Shown here piece by piece: positions 61,006 to 64,000 of a stretch of DNA of 64,000 bases (the first letter of the stretch is position 1; each line of letters begins with the position of its first letter). Made by a program: the position numbers and the translations under genes. The notes under the pieces are model-generated. The model made no database searches, had not been told where the DNA came from, and worked only from the letters and a program-made list of their open reading frames with translations. Source of the stretch: Callorhinchus milii (Eukaryota); assembly GCF_018977255.1 (NCBI RefSeq), contig NW_024704743.1:10914001-10978000 (forward strand). Direction: 5' to 3'.

Positions 61006-62291
61006 TGATCCACAGATGCTCCAACTCACAGTGTTACATCCACTTCAATTTCTTAAATTGTATAAAAATTACTCGACCATACAGGCAGAATAGGCTACTT
61101 GCTGAGCCATGATTGTGTGATATTGGCAAAAATGACAGAAAATGATAGCATGGCCTCAAGGGACAATTCAATGAGTATTACATTGTGTTGGTCTACTTAA
61201 TACTAACCGTAGCACTCCAAAGTCAGCCCAAGTACAAGGAGATCAGTGTCTGGTTGCTTTCAAATTCATGAACCTAAAATTGTCAAGGAGGTTAATTGCA
61301 AGAGGATTCTGCAGTATGTGAGTGCTTGCACTATATGAATCTTACTTTCCATGCAAGCTGGACAGTCTGCACTGCACTGAAAGCATGCAGAATGGGGTAT
61401 CGAAATGATATCTTAAACAAATTACAAATATGGGATCAGGTCAAGAAAAAACATCTGTGCGCCTTTTCAATTTTTTACAAAAATAATAATCCTTGCACTT
61501 GACACAGCTCCTCATCACATCATGAAATACGTCTCAAAGCGCTTAACAGAATTTTACCATGAAGTATGGCAACTGTGTATTTTGTAAGCTAAAGTGACAG
61601 TACAATTGTGTCCAGAAAACATCCCGGAAAACAGCCACAAAGTGGATGACAATGATCAAGTTGCAAGTCTGCTTACTATTTGTTCATTTCTTTTCCCTAA
61701 GCTGTTCCTGTTAACAGCAATTCTTTCAATACTCGGCAATCTATCATCCTCATTAAATAGTAGAAAGGATAACTGTGATGCTGACTAGAAACATTTGAAT
61801 TCATGCCATTGAGGTAAGCAGCCAAGAATGACAGCTACATTAATCAAAGCAATGTTTGCTCACAGGACCAAATGGTTCTATGGTCTTTCTTACCGACAGT
61901 GCTCGCTGTACATACCTGCTTCCTCCATGGTCTGAAATCCCATATGGCTTTCTGCCTGATGACCATTACTTCTCAACCCACTACCCGTTGCATCCATTCG
62001 ACTAGTTCCGGCCTCCTGCTTGTCCCTCGTGCTCTCCATTCCACCATTGGCGGCCACATTTTGAAACTCTGTTTACGGTTACCTCTTGTAACCCTACCAA
62101 CCCAGCCACTCCCTTCACTAAGCAAAAGCAGTTCTGCTTCATGTTCCCCCGCACTATCCACCCACTATTAGTGTGCAAGCTTTAGGCCATTCTGCCCTCT
62201 GCTCTTTTGAACTCCATTTTGTCCCCCGCCTCCCTTTGACACTTTCTATCACCACCGACCATCCCTCTTGATTTGCCATGGCCAGTCAGAT

Positions 62292-62665
62292 GTGGAGTCC
62301 TGTAGCTCAGTCGTTAGACCACTCCCCTTGCAAGCAAAAGGGGATTGCCAACCAGGGCAAAATGTTGGGCAAGTTTCCTTACTCCACGTGCCTAGCAGTA
62401 AACAGGAACCTGGTTAGTCGATTGGCAGATGTTTTATCCTGGAGTAATAATTTCTTCAAAAAAATAATAAATTGGTCACTTCAATCCACGACTGTTTATG
62501 GGACACTGCTGTGCACAATGGGCTGCCGTGTTTCGCCCACAATTCATACAGTCAATTCAATGGTCCTTGCATTTGATATAGCGCCTGATCACATCTTTGA
62601 GGCATCTCAAAGCGCTTCACAGAATATTCTGTGAAGTGAATTGACCGTATATTTTGTGGGCGAAT
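62292..62665 (+). mobile_element. SINE family B with its tail portion in inverted orientation
   Basis: Plus-strand head and body to 62559, then minus-strand tail 62563-62664. Confidence 0.8.
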
Positions 62666-63089
62666 CCCAGTTCGTACTCTTTGCCAGGTTATTATAGAGA
62701 CATAAATTGGCCCCATCCTTTGCAGGGTTAGGAAGGGGAAAAGCTTCCAGGGTTGCTACCCTGGGTTCCACTACAACACCCTCTACAGCGGTGAGGATCT
62801 TTGGCAGTTGGTGGGGAGAGGTCAGGCTCCGCAATGATGCACTTGTTGATGACGCAGCCAGCCAATAATTAAAGACTGGCCTCAACCACAATTAGCAACT
62901 GTAATAGCACATGCATTGCAAAGTGCACCTTATGTCCTGTGGAAAAAAAAGATAAGAGTTTTATTGCAAAGTCTACCCTTTCGAGGATCCCACCCCCCAC
63001 CATTCACTTAACTTATAGTAAATTGTGGTCCTATCAGGCCAGAGGTGGCATGTTGAATTTAGGCTGGGGAGCCCTTATTATTTAAAATA

Positions 63090-63515
63090 GTAATAATAAT
63101 CCTTGCGTTTGATATAACCCCTTTCACATCGAGAGGATGTTTCAAAACACTTCACAGGATCTAGTGTAAAATGTAGTGACTTTAGGCAAATGCAATTGCC
63201 AATTTTCGCACAACAATGTCTCATAAACAGTCATGAAGTGAATGAACAATTTTATTCAGGGGTTGGTTGACCGGTACACAGGGTGAAACTCAGTTCTTTT
63301 TTTAAATGGTGCTTTGGGACTTTTGACATCCACCTGAACAGGCAGATGGGGATTGGGTTTAATGTCTCATCCAAAGTATTGCATCTTCAACAATGCAGCA
63401 CACCCCCAGCATTGTATTGGAGCGTCAATCTAGACAGTATGAACGCACAAAATTCTGACACGGGGCTTGAATCTACAACCTTTTGATTCAGGGGGCAAGA
63501 GCATTACCAACCAGG
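63090..63515 (-). mobile_element. DeuSINE-type SINE, family A
   Basis: Family A motifs in reverse orientation. Confidence 0.75.
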
Positions 63516-63759
63516 TGGATACACATTTCTGCTCACCTGAAGGTATGGGGTGAGATACACTGAGCTCAACAAGTTGACAGTCATCCCAGCCAAACCAGAA
63601 GTGCACAAACGGTTATATTTAAAGTAATAAATAAAATACTTATAGGAATGCAATATTTTATTACAACAAAGATTAGTCATTCAAAAGGCTTTTTATTCTT
63701 GCCTCAGCAATTAAAATTTGGCAACAAGTTTATTACCTTCCTTCAATTGGATCAACTTG

Positions 63760-64000
63760 ATTAAATTAAAATTTAGTTAACTTAACCTAATTAACTTAAC
63801 TTAATTAACTTCAGTTTACTAATTAACTTACTCAAGTTGGAAGAGGTGACAATGGCCTGGCAGGTGTTATGTGAGGAGTGTGACGTGTGGGTGCTGATGA
63901 AGGGCAGTCTGACCCTGGGCGACCACATCTGCAGAAGATGTCTGCAACTGAGGCAGCTCCAGCTCAGAGTGGCTCAGCTGGAGTCCGAGATGCAGACACT
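63760..64000 (+). mobile_element. CR1 5' region: AT-rich repeat and ORF1 start, running off the window
   Basis: ATG at 63852: MAWQVLCEECDVW..DHICRRCLQLRQLQLRVAQLESEMQT, the CxxC..CxxC plus leucine-zipper pattern of CR1 ORF1. Confidence 0.8.

Overview
Eukaryotic, repeat-rich vertebrate genomic DNA. The DeuSINE-type tRNA SINEs together with CR1 and L2 LINEs point to a cartilaginous fish, possibly a chimaera; that assignment is inference. The window holds one protein-coding gene, KLF6, on the + strand: four coding exons (25294-25395, 28076-28655, 31840-31963, 35894-35945) giving 285 aa with three C2H2 fingers, a CpG-island promoter with MEF2, CCAAT, GC-box and TGACATCA motifs, and an apparently TE-free 3' UTR of about 2.7 kb. 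Nearly all other ORFs in the track are spurious or LINE fragments. The rest of the window is CR1 and L2 LINE fragments, two tRNA-derived SINE families and a ~10.7-kb nested CR1/L2/SINE pile (49550-60290). I found no convincing new multi-gene system. The most unusual signals are structural: a ~2-kb inversion that splits a CR1 and carries a perfect 72-bp inverted duplication at its breakpoints, a perfect 61-bp-arm hairpin, spaced direct duplications, a possible divergent promoter and a modular SINE. TE boundaries are approximate and were set by eye.
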